Shown piece after piece: positions 13,651-25,984 of a DNA stretch of 64,000 bases (the stretch's first letter is position 1; every line of letters begins with the position of its first letter). A program made the position numbers and the translations under genes. Origin of the DNA: Hemiscyllium ocellatum (lineage: Eukaryota); NCBI RefSeq assembly GCF_020745735.1, contig NC_083401.1, positions 167,390,018-167,454,017 of the forward strand. The letters are read 5' to 3'. The notes beneath the pieces were generated by a model. It ran no database searches, was not told the DNA's origin, and saw only the letters and a list, made by a program, of their open reading frames with translations.

Positions 13651-14199
13651 ACATGGCACTGATGTAGATGGTGATGTGTTTCTGACAGTATAGATTCTAT
13701 ACTTCTGTGACGGTATAATTGGGGATGGTCAATCAGTGAGCAGCCCAGACAGGAATTGATCGGTTTCTGAAATGTATGTTAACAAGGATGATAAGATTGA
13801 ACTGTAGTAGCTTTTAAAATTATGCCAATGGGAAAGGTAAGAAAAAGCAAGTGCAGCTTCCTTACAGACTGAATGCAGAGAGTGGAAAATGGAGAATGTT
13901 GAAGAGGATTTAGATCTCTTGTACAACAGTCCAATATTGCAGGAGCTGGAAGCAGTGATGAAGATAAATGGTGTCATATCGACTCAAAACATTAGCTTGG
14001 TCTCTCTCTTGACCTATTGTGATCTCCAGCATTGGTTGTTTTCAGTTCAAAATAAATGGTGTGTTGACCTTCATTTGAAGTGGATTTGTGTGCAGGAGTA
14101 AGGTTGTCTTAATGCAGTTGTACATTTCGAACATCGTGCAGTATTATGTGTAGTTTTGGTCTTCTTATCGAATAAACAATACACCTGACATTAAGGGAA

Positions 14200-16190
14200 T
14201 TCAGTGAAGGATGACGAGACTAATCTCTGGGATGACAAGCTTGTTGTGCGAGCTGAGTTTGGGTCGACTGGTAGTAAACCAGTGGACAAGCGGAGCACTG
14301 TGGTAGTTTGGTGCACTTACCTCTACACTGCTGAAGCCAGGTTTCAACTCATGGGCACCTCCTCCTACAGCCCCCTCGACCATGACCTCACCTCCCATCA
14401 CCAAACCATCATTTCCCTGATCATACACAATCTCATCACCTTAGGGGCTCTCCCACCAACCGCCTCCAAACTCATATTCCCAGAACTCCGAACCACCCAG
14501 TTCTACCTCATCCCAAAATTCATGAATTGACAGTCCCAGTTGACCAATTGTCTCTGCCTGCTCCTGCCCCACTGAACGTATCTCCCCACAACTTGACACC
14601 GTCCTTCTCCCCTTAGTCCAGGAACTCCCAACATACATTCAGGACAACGCCCTCCACTTTGTCCATTCTTTTCGTTCCCCAACCACCAACACCTTATCTT
14701 CGCTATGGATATCCAGTCCATGTGCATGTCCATCAACCGTCAGAAAGTTCTCCAAGCTCGCTTTATTCCTCGCCCATGGATCTAACCAGTACCCATCCAC
14801 CAACACACTCGCTCAATTGGCAGAGCTGGTCCTCATCCTCAACAACTTTTCCTCTCACTTCCTTCGGACCAAAGGTGTAGGCATGGGCACCTGCTTGCCT
14901 GCCTCTTTATCAAATACATGGAAAGATCCATCTTCTGTAGTTACACTGGCATTAGTCCCTACCTTTCGTCCACCACATTGATGACTGCATCAACACAACC
15001 TCGTGTTCCCATGAGGAGGTTGAACAGTTCATCTCATTCGCAATCAACTTTCCACCTTGACCTCAAGTTCCCCTGCGCCATCTCAGATACCTTCCTCCAC
15101 TTCCTGATGTTTCCACCTCAATTTCCAGTGACCTTTGACTTCAAACCCACTGACTCCCACGGCTACCTGGACTACATCTGCTCCCACCTTCCCCCCTGTA
15201 AAAACATTATGCCTTATACCTAATTCCTCAGCGTCCACCATATCTGGTCCCAAGAGGAGCAATTCCACTCAACAACATCCCAAATGGCCTCCTATTTCAA
15301 GAACTACAAATTCTCCTCCCAATTGATCAACATTGCCCTCTAGCACATCTCCTCCACTTCCTGCACCTCACTCTTGAACCCCACCCCTCCAACCGCAACA
15401 AAGACAGAATCACCATACCCCCTCCAAACATTCCTCACCTTCCACCCCACCAACCTCAAGATACAAGGCATTATCCACCGCTATTCCTACTAACTATGGT
15501 CATGCCCCACCACCAGAGATATATTTCCATCCACAACTGTATCAGCATTCTGCAGAGACCATTCCCTCTGCCACGTCCTGGCTAGGTCCACGTCACCCAC
15601 CAACCCACCCTCCACTCCCAGCACCATTCCTTTCCGCAGCAAGGGGTGTAAAACCTGTGCCCACAGCTCCCCCCTCACCTCTGTCCAATGCCCCAAAGGA
15701 TCCATCCACATCTGGCAGACATTTTCCTTCACTTCCACGCATGTCGTCTACTGTGTCCATTGCAGTCAATGTGGTCTCCTCTATGTTGATGAGATACGAT
15801 GCTAACTTTCAGAATGTTTCTGGAAACATCCCTGGACCACCCGCACCAAACAATGCAATCACTCTGTGGCGTGCAAGTCCTGAACCTCCTCCACCACCAA
15901 ACTCAAGACAACGAATGCCTGAAGGAAGTATGCCTCATCTCCCACTTTGGGACCATCCAATCCCATGGCATCAATGTCGATTTCACCAGTTTTCTCATTT
16001 TCCCTCCCCCCACCTTATCCCAGATCCAACCTTCCAACTTGGCACCGCCCTCTTGTTCTGTTCTACCTGTCCATCTTCCTTCCCAACTACCTGCTCCACC
16101 CTTCTCTCTGACCAATCACTATTATTCCCCAACTCTATCTACCTAAAGTCTTCCCAGCTACCTTGCCCGAGCCCACCCTCCTATTTATGG
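14200..16190 (+). mobile_element. Decayed Penelope-like retroelement (RT + GIY-YIG)
   Basis: TQFYLIPKF (pre-RT FY-LPK motif), atggatatccagtcc (MDIQS), ggtgtaggcatgggcac (G-MG), FKPTDSHGYLDY, and VVYCVHCSQCGLLY-like GIY-YIG region; broken by indels. Confidence 0.8.
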
Positions 16191-16560
16191 AGTTCAATGT
16201 GGAAAAGTGTGATTCACTTTGGAAGGAGTAACAAGAACACAGAGTACAGAGCTGAAGGTGAAATTCTTGGTAGTGTAAATGAGCAGAGAGATTTCGATGT
16301 CCAAATGCATAGATCCCTGAAAAATGCCACTCTGGTTGTTAGGATTGTTAAGAAGGCATACCATGTTTTAGTTTTATTGGTAGAGGAATTGAGTTTCAGA
16401 GCCATGCGGTCACGTTGCTACTGTACAAAGCTCTGGTGTGGCTGCACTTAGATTGTTGCATGCAGGTCTGGCCACCGCATTATAGGACAGATGTGAAAGT
16501 ATTGGAAAGGATGCAGAGGAGATTTACCAACATGTTACCCAGTATGGAGGGAAGGTGATA
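16190..16560 (+). mobile_element. CR1 RT fragment
   Basis: VIHFGRSNKNTEY..EQRD..VQMHRSLK. Confidence 0.85.
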
Positions 16561-17640
16561 TCCAGTGGTGGTGTCATTTCCAATTCTCTTCTTAGGGATG
16601 GGATATAGTTGAGTAATTTTCCACATTTACAACTCTGAGATGTCAGAGTTGGAGCAGGAATGAATCACCTTCCCCAGGGATATGGCTTGCTGTGCAGCAC
16701 GAATCTTCAATGGTGTTGCAGGAATAGTGTCAGGGTCCATTGCCTTTGTCGTATCTATTGTGTTCAGCTGTTTCTTCATATCATGGGCAACGAATCAAAT
16801 TGGTTGACGACTGACATCTATGGTTCTGTGGGCATCATGACGAAGGTGAGGAGGATAATTGACTCAACACTTACAGCTGAGGTTGGAGCATATACAATAT
16901 CCTTATCATTTGCACTGATGAGCGGGGCTTTATATTATTTAGTAGGAGGATATTTGTATAAATGAGTTGTTTAAAGATCCACCATCATTTATGATTAGAT
17001 GTGCCGGCATTGTCAGGCCTATATCTGATCTGTTGGCCTTTGAATCATTTCACTCTTTTTATCAGATGTTAGTCCAGCTGTTCAGAATGCACCAATTAAG
17101 TATAGCAATTTTTATGGGCTGTGATCTACACATGGTTCACCCACACTCATGATTGAACGATAGATTGGCTTGACGGTAATGGTATATTGAGGGATTTATC
17201 ATGCGTAAAAACTTACAGATTGTGGTTAAATGCAATTCTGCTGCTAGTTTCTATCAGATTTGGGATGCTTATTTTAGGAACCAGAAGCAGATGACAGACA
17301 TGAATTTCAGTCGTGCTTCCTGAATTACCTCCAGAGTGTCCTACAATTGCAGCTCCACTGTCTAGCTTGCTAGTCTCCCATTCCAATTAACTCCTGCCAG
17401 CTCCTCCCTGATGTTTTTGTGGTCACCTTTACTCAATTATCATTCATTTCCATTTAATTCCAGCATCTCCCTCTCAAATTACAGGGTAAACTCTGTCAGA
17501 GTATGGGTTTCTTCAACTTAAGCTCCCTAATCAAATCTACTTTCCTGACTCTCGCATCAAGCTGAGTTTGTGATGCCACTTTTCTGCAAAGTTTACTTCT
17601 TGCAGTAAACCATATTAAAAACATGTCTGCCCCTTTTGAA
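16560..17640 (-). mobile_element. Old LINE fragments (minus strand)
   Basis: Eroded LINE-like phrases; family not resolved. Confidence 0.45.
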
Positions 17641-18374
17641 ATGAATTCTCACTTCTATACAAATTTCAAAACTTAGAAGCAACCTTTGTCTCCCTCTGCT
17701 CCTCCTCGTGTGACGTTTTCCTGATACTGTGTACTTTTTGGAACATGGTTAGATGGTTGCTTTGGACTTCGACACACTTGATGGACAGAAGGGCCTTTGT
17801 GCCTCTATCACATTCTTCATCTGACATTCGCCGGAATACTCCAAAAGAGTATTTAAACAAAAGATGAGATCCCAAGGGAAGAGATCCCGTTCCAGGGAGA
17901 ATGGAGACACTGTTTCAAAATCCCTCAGGCAGTTAAAGGGGTGACTACGTTTTCCCTTAATTTATATTTCTTCATAGCAGAGGATCGACCACAATTTAGA
18001 TTAACAGACAGGAGTTTCCAAACTGTTTGTCTTCAAGGAGCAGGGAGAGACTCATTTAGGAGGTTTATGTTTTCACCCTCAGTATTAGGAACTGTGAAGA
18101 AGTGACCTGTGGCTGCTCTCAGGTGTGTGGGAATGTTCTGGAAGCCATTTATTCTTATGGATGTGTATCTGTCTGTTTGGGGGGGAAGAGTGTTTCCTGT
18201 GTTTTACATCACATTTTTCTCAGTAATTCAAAAATTCACATTTGTTATTTCAGCTCCAATTATTTTAGTAAATATCTGAATACAATGTCACATTTGAAAA
18301 TCTCACTGGATCATCAATCCAACTGGCAACTTTACCTCCAGGATGTGTAACTTGTATTTTTTTACCTTCCTCAG

Positions 18375-19282
18375 TTAACGTCGTGACGATCTACGTCCTG
18401 CTCTATAAAGACTGTGGATTGTCTCCGTGTGTCAGACGTTACCTGGGGGCCATGGCAGCGGCAGATCTACTGGTTATTATCCTCGACCTGATACTGAGAC
18501 ACATTCCGATTCTTTATTATGAACCTTTTTATTTCCTGTATTCCATTCCCGTGTGTAATACCCACGCTGTCCTGCTTTATGCCGCCACTGACTGTTCTGT
18601 TTGGTTCACTGTCACTTTCACCTTTGATCGGTTTGTGGCCATTTGCTTCCAGAAGTTGAAAAGTAAATATTGCAGTGAGAAAACGGCGGTTGTGGTTCTG
18701 GGAGCAGTGACTGTGCTGAGCTGTTTAAAGAACATTTTCTGGTATTTTATGCTCACACCTCGGTATCGGCTGGGGAATATGCCCTGGTTTTGTGAGGGAA
18801 CAGAGGACATTTATGTCTCTTGTGTCTGGTTCATAATCGAGTTCCTGCATTACACACTAACCCCGGCTATCCCATTTCTCCTGATACCATTGTTCAATGT
18901 TTTCACCGTCAGACACATTTTAGTAACCAGCAGAGCCCGCAGGAGACTCCGCGCTCACACTGATGCAGACCTTCAGTATGACACAGAAATGCAAAATCGA
19001 AAAAAAACCATAATTTTACTGTTTGTGATCTCAGCCAATTTCATCCTGTTATGGTCAACGTTAATGGTGTTTTCTATATGGTACCGGATGTACAATATTG
19101 GATATAGAGCAATTCATCTAGATTGGTTTATAGAGGAATTGGGCTTCATGCTGCAGCTCCTCAGTTGCTGCACAAATACTGCGATTTATGCCGTGACCCA
19201 GACTAAGTTCAGACAGCAACTGAGGAATGTGCTGAAATATCCCTTTACCCAAATCCATCAATCAATCAAATTCATTCAGTAA
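18375..19282 (+). CDS. Class A 7TM receptor, GPR139/GPR142-like family expanded in sharks; main (second) coding exon, reading frame open
   Basis: Acceptor tttttttaccttcctcag|TTAAC (phase 1) gives (V)NVVTI..CGLSPCVRRYLGAMAAADLLV (TM2), SVWFTVTFTFDRFVAIC (DRY variant), TM5-6 PFLLIPLFN/KTIILLFVISANF, TM7 SCCTNTAIYAVTQTKFR. About 302 codons with no stop. Exon 1 not located. Confidence 0.85.
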
Positions 19283-20384
19283 TCAATCCATCCATGATTT
19301 TGTCATTTCAGTTCAGTATTGCAACAGTGAAGCAGCCTGTCATTGTGGTAACAGACTGAGGTTAGCGCTGGTTTGTCCAACCTTATCCCACAGGAAGTTA
19401 CAGCAACACATTTCAATGTTTTTCTCAACCCAGGGCCATTACAAAAATATACAATTACACTGACTCTATTTATAACTTCAATTTGTAAATAATACCAAAA
19501 ACAGTGTCCATTAAAAAGTATCAAGCAGCAGAATGTTGTTGTGTTTGTGTTGGAGAAGCTGAGCTGGAGAGAGACGGACACAGTCCCAAGTTCTGGTCCT
19601 CAGGGAAGTGGAAGAGACCAGTGCTAAGCTCAGCAATTGGGTTAAGTTCACTCTGTCCTTGCTTTCAACATTGGGTTTTGCACACAGACCTAGCTTCGGC
19701 AGAATTCATCTCTTTCCCTTACCCTTTCCCTTCTTATCTCCCTCCCAGACTCATACTGTCTTTCCGTCACTATACTCCTCCCACTTTCGTCTCCTTCTTT
19801 TCATACCTCGGGAAATATGGATCAGACAATGTTTGGATAATGAAATAACTGTGCAACTTGAGAGATTCACAGGCTTTGATGATATCTTCAAAAAAATCTG
19901 CTGCTTTGTGCCGTGGTATGGGGAGACCACCAAAGTGTGACATTGTATCACTTTAAACACAAGAGGGAGAGAGAGATTCTGAACTTTTTAATTTAATTTA
20001 ATTTAATTAATTTAATTCATTCATCCATTCAAACTTTCTTCCAGTGAGTCCCATTCTATCCAGAGACAGATACACATAAGCAAAAACACGGAGATGCACA
20101 TCTGGAGACACACAATAACATGACCATTGTATGTCTTTAAACATAAGAGGGACAGACAGAGAGAAATTGAAAAGGTTCAGCCCATTTCAATGGATTAACC
20201 CCCAAAGCAATAGAGAGCCCACTGCGCTAAGAAACAGGGACAGAGATATACACAGATATAGAAACACACACTCAGATATACCAGCTCTCTCACACACAGG
20301 TACAAGCACACAAATATTTCGATAGAAATAGACACCCACAGATACAAACATAACACATACAGAGAGTAACACATACAGACACAG

Positions 20385-20725
20385 GGGTAGCACGCTGGCT
20401 CAGTGGTTATCACTGTTGCCTCACAGTACCAGAGACCCAGGTTCGATTTCAGCCTCAGGCGACTGCATGTGTGGAGTTTGCACATTCTCCCTGTGCCTGC
20501 GTTGGTTTCCTCTGGGTGCTGTGAATTCATCTCAAAATCCAAAGATGTGCAGATTAGGTGAATTGGCCATGCTAAATTGCCCATAGTGTTTAGGGATGTG
20601 TTGGTTATATGCATAAATCAGGGGAAAATGTAGAGTGATAGAGTAGGGGAATAGGTCTGAGTGGGTTACTCTTCGGAGGATCGGTGTGGACTTGTTGAGC
20701 CCAAGTGCCTGTTTCCACACTGTAG
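20385..20725 (+). mobile_element. HE1-type SINE
   Basis: Colinear with the 9400 copy. Confidence 0.88.
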
Positions 20726-20950
20726 GGCTTCTACATGTACATACCGATAAACATAGAAACACACACTCGAAAAACATGTACACACAGGTATGGACACACA
20801 TATATACAGACACTGACACGCTGAGTGCGAAAGAGAGAGTTGGAGAGAGAGTGAAAGGTTCCTGGTCTCCCTTGATTCCTCCCTTGTTTTTAAAGTAATA
20901 CATGCCTTCTGCTGGCTTCCCAAGCCACTATACAGAAGATGGTGCAGCTT

Positions 20951-21140
20951 TATGTTATGACACGGGGTAAAACCTCCTGCTTAATTTAAATGAGCAGCAC
21001 AGAAAAGATTTATCCTATGCAGTAATCTGTGAAAGTTGCAGAGGCCAAGAACTATTGAAAGTAAAAATTAACCACTTTATTTCTTAAGATATAACAGAGA
21101 ATAATTAACTAAAAACAATTTACAACTACTTTTCTAATGC
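20951..21140. mobile_element. Probable LTR end (TGTTATG...) of the Gypsy-like element that resumes near 28870
   Basis: Begins tgttatgacacgggg (LTR TG terminus); link to the 28.9-30.2 kb pol remnant is inferred. Confidence 0.4.
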
Positions 21141-21612
21141 AACGAGGGGTATGTCAGTTTCCAAGAGATCAATTGTGTTAGGGGATTCTGTAGACCGAGG
21201 TACACAGACATTTCTGTGGCTAGCAGCGAAAAATCAAAATGGTGTGTTGCTTCCCTGGTGCCAGGGTCAAGGATGTCTCAGAGAGGTTGCAAAATATTCT
21301 CAAGGGGGTAGAGGGGCCAGCAAGAGGTCATTATTCACTTTAGAACCAATGACATAGGAATGGAAAAGGTTGAGATTCTGAAGGGTGATTACAGAGAGTT
21401 AGGCAGGAATTTTAAAAAAGAGGTCCTTGAGAGTAATAATATCTGGAATACTCCCAGTGCTACAATGAAGTGAGGGCAGGAATAGGAGGATAGAGTAGAT
21501 GAATGCATGGCTGGGGAGCTTGTGTATGGGAGAGGGATTCACATTTTTGGATCATTAGAATTACTTTGGGGTGGAAGTGACTTGCTCAAAAACGATGGAT
21601 TGCACCTAAATT

Positions 21613-21705
21613 TGTGGGCGGCAAGGTGGCACAGTGGTTAGCACTGCTGCCTCACAGCGCCAGAGACCCGGGTTCAATTCCCGCCTCAGGCGACTGACTG
21701 TGTGG
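21613..21705 (+). mobile_element. 5' half of HE1 SINE
   Basis: tgggcggcaaggtggcacagtgg...gactgactgtgtgg, then an abrupt switch to CR1 ORF2. Confidence 0.85.
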
Positions 21706-22986
21706 GATATGGAAGGTATAGAATGTAGGAAATAGATGGTGACACCTTGCAACATGTCCATATTACAGAGGAGGAAATGCTGGCTGTCGTAAAGCGCATA
21801 AAGGTGGATAAATCAACAGGACGTGATCAGGTATACTGTAGAACTCTGTGGGAAGCTAGAGAAGTGATTACTGGGCCTTTTGCTGTGATATCTGTATCAT
21901 TGATAGTCACAGGTGAGGTGCAGGAAGACTGGAGGTTGGATAACGTGGTGCCACTGTTTAAGAAGGGTGGTAAGGACAAGCCAGGGAACTATGGGTCAAT
22001 GAACCTGACGTCGATGGTGGGCAAGTTGTTGGAGGGAACCCTGAGGGACAGGATGCACATATATTTGGAAAGGCAAGGACTTATTAGGGATAGTCAACAT
22101 GGCTTTGTGCGTGGGAAATCATGTCTCACAAATTTGATTGAGTTTTTGTAAGAAGTAACAAAGAGGATTGATGAGGGCAAAGCGGTAGATGTGATCTATA
22201 TGGACTTCAGTAAGGCGTTCGACAAGGTTCCCCATGGGAGACTAATTAGCAAGGTTAGATCTCACGGAATACAGGGAGAACTAGCCATTTGGATGCAGAA
22301 CTGGCTCAAAGGTAGAAGACAGAGTGGTGGTGGTGGAGGGTTGTTTTTCAGACTGGAAGCCTGTGACCAGTGGAGTTCTGGAAGGATCCGTGCTGGGCCC
22401 TCTACTCTTTGTCATTTATATAAATGATTTGGATGTGAGCATAAGAGGTACAATTGGTAAGTTTGCAGATGGCACCAAAATTGGAGGTGTAGCGGACAGC
22501 AAAGAAGGTTACCTCAGATTACAACAGGATCTTGACCAGATGGGCCAATGGGCAGAGATGTGACAGATGGAGTTAAATTCAGTTAAATGCGAGGTACTGT
22601 GTTTAGGAAAAGAAAATCTTAGCAGGACTTATACACTTAATAGTAAGGAAGTGTTACAGAACAAAGAGCCCTTGGAGTGCAGGTTCATAACACCTTGAAA
22701 GTGGAGTCGCAGGTAGATAGGATAGTGAAGAAGGCGTTTGATATGTTTTCTTTTATTGGTGAGAGAATTGAGTATTGGAGTCTGGAGGTCATCTTGCGGC
22801 CCTACAGACCATTGGTAAGGACACTGTTGGAATATTGCTCGCAATTCTAGACTCCTTCCTTTCGGAAAGATATTGTGAAACTTGAAAGAGTTCAGAAAAG
22901 ATTTACAAGAATTCAAAGTTTGCGCGAAGATTTGTAGCTCGGGTGCTTGTTGTAGTGTTTCTGTTCGCCGAGCTGGAAGTTTTTGT

Positions 22987-23028
22987 TGCAAACGTTTCAT
23001 CCCCTGGCTAGGAGACATCATCAGAGCT
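22987..23028 (-). ncRNA. Minimal type I hammerhead-ribozyme motif
   Basis: Reverse strand reads gct-CTGATGA-tgtctcc-tagcca-ggggat-GAAAC-GTT-tgc; Penelope-like elements are known to carry such motifs. Confidence 0.75.
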
Positions 23029-24306
23029 CTGGAGCCTCCTGCGAAGCGCTTCTTTGATGTTTCTTCCGGCATTTATAGTGGTCTGTCCTTGCCGCTTCCG
23101 GGTGTCACTTTCAGCTGTCCGCTGTAGTGATTGGTATATTGGGTCCAGGTCAATGTGTCTGTTGATGGAGTTTGTGGATGAATGCCATGCCTCTAGGAAT
23201 TCCCTGGCTGTTCTCTGTCTGGCTTGCCCTATGATAGTAGTGTTTTCCCAGTCAAATTCATGTTGCTTGTTGTCTGAGTGTGTGGCTACTAGGGATAGCT
23301 GGTCGTGTCGTTTCGTGGCTAGTTGGTGTTCATGTATGCGGATTGTTAGCTGTCTTCCTGTTTGTCCTATATAGTGTTTTGTGCAGTCCTTGCATGGTAT
23401 TTTATAAACTACATTAGTTTTGCTCATGTTGGGTATTGGCTCCTTTGTTCTAGTAAGTTGTTGTCTGAGCGTGGCTGTTGGTTTGTGTGCCGTTATGAGT
23501 CCTAGGGGTCGCAGTAGTCTGGCTGTCAGTTCTGAAACACTCCTGATGTATGGTAGTGTGGCTAGTCCTTTTGGTTGTGGCATGTCCTCGTTCCATGGTC
23601 TATCTCTTAGGCATCTGTTGATAAAGTTGCGCGGGTATCCGTTTTTGGCGAATACCTTGTATAGGTGTTCCTCTTCCTCTTTTCGCTGTTCTGGTGTACT
23701 GCAGTGTGTTGGAGCTCTTTTGAATAGTGTCCTGATGCAGCTTCGTTTGTGTGTGTTGGGGTGGTTACTTTCATAGTTTAGGACTTGGTCTGTGTGTGTT
23801 GTTTTCCTGTGTACCCTTGTGGTGAATTCTCCGTTCGGTGTTCTCTGTACTATCACCTCTAGGAATGGGAGTTGGCTATCCTTTTCTACTTCTCTCGTGA
23901 ATCGGATGTCTGTGAGTGTGGCGTTGATGATCCGGTGTGTTTTTTCTATTTCCGTGTTTTTGATGATTACGAAAGTGTCATCGACATATCTGACCCAGAG
24001 TTTGGGTTGAATTTGTGGTAGGGCTGTATGTTCTAACCTTTGCATGACTGCCTCTGCTATGAGTCCCGAGATTGGTGATCCAATGGGTGTTCCGTTGATT
24101 TGTTCGTATATCTGATTGTTGAATGTAAAGTGTGTAGTGAGGCACAAGCCCAGTAGTTTAAGTATGCCGTCTTTGTTGATAGGTTCCGCCTCCTGTTTTC
24201 TGTTATGTATGTCCAGTAGGTTGGCTATTGTTTCTCTGGCTAGGGTTTTGTCAATGGAAGTGAACAGTGCCATCACGTCGAATGAGATCATGGTTTCTTC
24301 TTTGTC
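23008..24306 (-). CDS. Second, inverted, more truncated copy of the same RT + GIY-YIG ORF, frame open
   Basis: Same motifs from DKEETMISFDV onward; differs by a few residues (T>M, D>G, M>I, Q>H). Confidence 0.92.
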   Translation of the reverse strand, partial: DKEETMISFDVMALFTSIDKTLARETIANLLDIHNRKQEAEPINKDGILKLLGLCLTTHFTFNNQIYEQINGTPIGSPISGLIAEAVMQRLEHTALPQIQPKLWVRYVDDTFVIIKNTEIEKTHRIINATLTDIRFTREVEKDSQLPFLEVIVQRTPNGEFTTRVHRKTTHTDQVLNYESNHPNTHKRSCIRTLFKRAPTHCSTPEQRKEEEEHLYKVFAKNGYPRNFINRCLRDRPWNEDMPQPKGLATLPYIRSVSELTARLLRPLGLITAHKPTATLRQQLTRTKEPIPNMSKTNVVYKIPCKDCTKHYIGQTGRQLTIRIHEHQLATKRHDQLSLVATHSDNKQHEFDWENTTIIGQARQRTAREFLEAWHSSTNSINRHIDLDPIYQSLQRTAESDTRKRQGQTTINAGRNIKEALRRRLQSSDDVS

Positions 24307-25964
24307 CACTAGCACAACACCTACTAGCAGACACCAACACCTACCAAATGAAGGATTCGGACCCCACACCACAACTCACCAATAGAATAAATAACACTCT
24401 AAGGAATCTACAAAAAAACGGACAGATAACCAAAGCAGACCTACGAAGAATGAAACCGGAAAGCAACAACACCCCCAGATTCTATGGACTACCCAAAGTA
24501 CACAAACCAGACATCCCACTCAGACCCATAGTATCACTACCAGGGACACCAGCATACAAACTGGCGAAAGAACTACAACAGAAACTGAAACACCTGGTCA
24601 GCGGATCCAAACACTCCATACAATCAACACAGGAATTCTTGGACACCATCAGGAATACACACATAGACAAAGAAGAAACCATGATCTCATTCGACGTGAC
24701 GGCACTGTTCACTTCGATTGACAAAACCCTAGCCAGAGAAACAATAGCCAACCTACTGGACATACATAACAGAAAACAGGAGGCGGAACCTATCAACAAA
24801 GACGGCATACTTAAACTACTGGACTTGTGCCTCACTACACACTTTACATTCAACAATCAGATATACGAACAAATCAACGGAACACCCATGGGATCACCAA
24901 TCTCGGGACTCATAGCAGAGGCAGTCATGCAAAGGTTAGAACAAACAGCCCTACCACAAATTCAACCCAAACTCTGGGTCAGATATGTCGATGACACTTT
25001 CATAATCATCAAAAACACGGAAATAGAAAAAACACACCGGATCATCAACGCCACACTCACAGACATCCGATTCACGAGAGAAGTAGAAAAGGATAGCCAA
25101 CTCCCATTCCTAGAGGTGATAGTACAGAGAACACCGAACGGAGAATTCACCACAAGGGTACACAGGAAAACAACACACACAGACCAAGTCCTAAACTATG
25201 AAAGTAACCACCCCAACACACACAAACGAAGCTGCATCAGGACACTATTCAAAAGAGCTCCAACACACTGCAGGACACCAGAACAGCAAAAAGAGGAAGA
25301 GGAACACCTATACAAGGTATTCGCCAAAAACGGATACCCGCGCAACTTTATCAACAGATGCCTAAGAGATAGACCATGGAACGAGGACATGCCACAACCA
25401 AAAGGACTAGCCACACTACCATACATCAGGAGCGTTTCAGAACTGACAGCCAGACTACTGCGACCCCTAGGACTCATAACGGCACACAAACCAACAGCCA
25501 CGCTCAGACAACAACTTACTAGAACAAAGGAGCCAATACCCAACATGAGCAAAACTAATGTAGTTTATAAAATACCATGCAAGGACTGCACAAAACACTA
25601 TATAGGACAAACAGGAAGACAGCTAACAATCCGCATACATGAACACCAACTAGCCACGAAACGACATGACCAGCTATCCCTAGTGGCCACACACTCAGAC
25701 AACAAGCAACATGAATTTGACTGGGAAAACACTACTATCATAGGGCAAGCCAGACAGAGAACAGCCAGGGAATTCCTAGAGGCATGGCATTCATCCACAA
25801 ACTCCATCAACAGACACATCGACCTGGACCCAATATACCAATCACTACAGCGGACAGCTGAAACTGACACCCAGAAGCGGCAAGGACAGACCACTATAAA
25901 TGCTGGAAGAAACATCAAAGAAGCGCTTCGCAGGAGGCTCCAGAGCACTGATAATGTCTCCTAG
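24307..25964 (+). CDS. Penelope-like RT + GIY-YIG endonuclease, 5'-truncated, frame open
   Basis: RFYGLPKVHK, SFDVTALFTS, GTPMGSP, RYVDDTF (RT); NVVYKIPCKDCTKHYIGQTGR..RIHEH (GIY-YIG). Confidence 0.93.
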
Positions 25965-25984
25965 CCAGGGGACGAAACGTTTGC
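25945..25984 (+). ncRNA. Hammerhead motif with core substitution (CUGAUAA)
   Basis: gca-CTGATAA-tgtctcc-tagcca-ggggac-GAAAC-GTT-tgc. Confidence 0.7.

Noticed and set aside
15657-16451. 264-aa ORF
   Set aside because: Off-frame read-through of decayed Penelope sequence into a CR1 fragment; no coherent protein.
17640-18374. Candidate GPCR exon 1
   Set aside because: No ATG-initiated hydrophobic segment ending in a phase-1 GT donor was found.
20131-20923. Cys/Val-rich ORFs (also at 44429-45131 and 62046-62397)
   Set aside because: Translation artefacts of CA/TG-rich low-complexity DNA and SINEs.
23054-25948. Several 70-125 aa ORFs antisense to the Penelope ORFs, appearing in duplicate
   Set aside because: Shadow frames of the RT ORF, duplicated only because of the palindrome.
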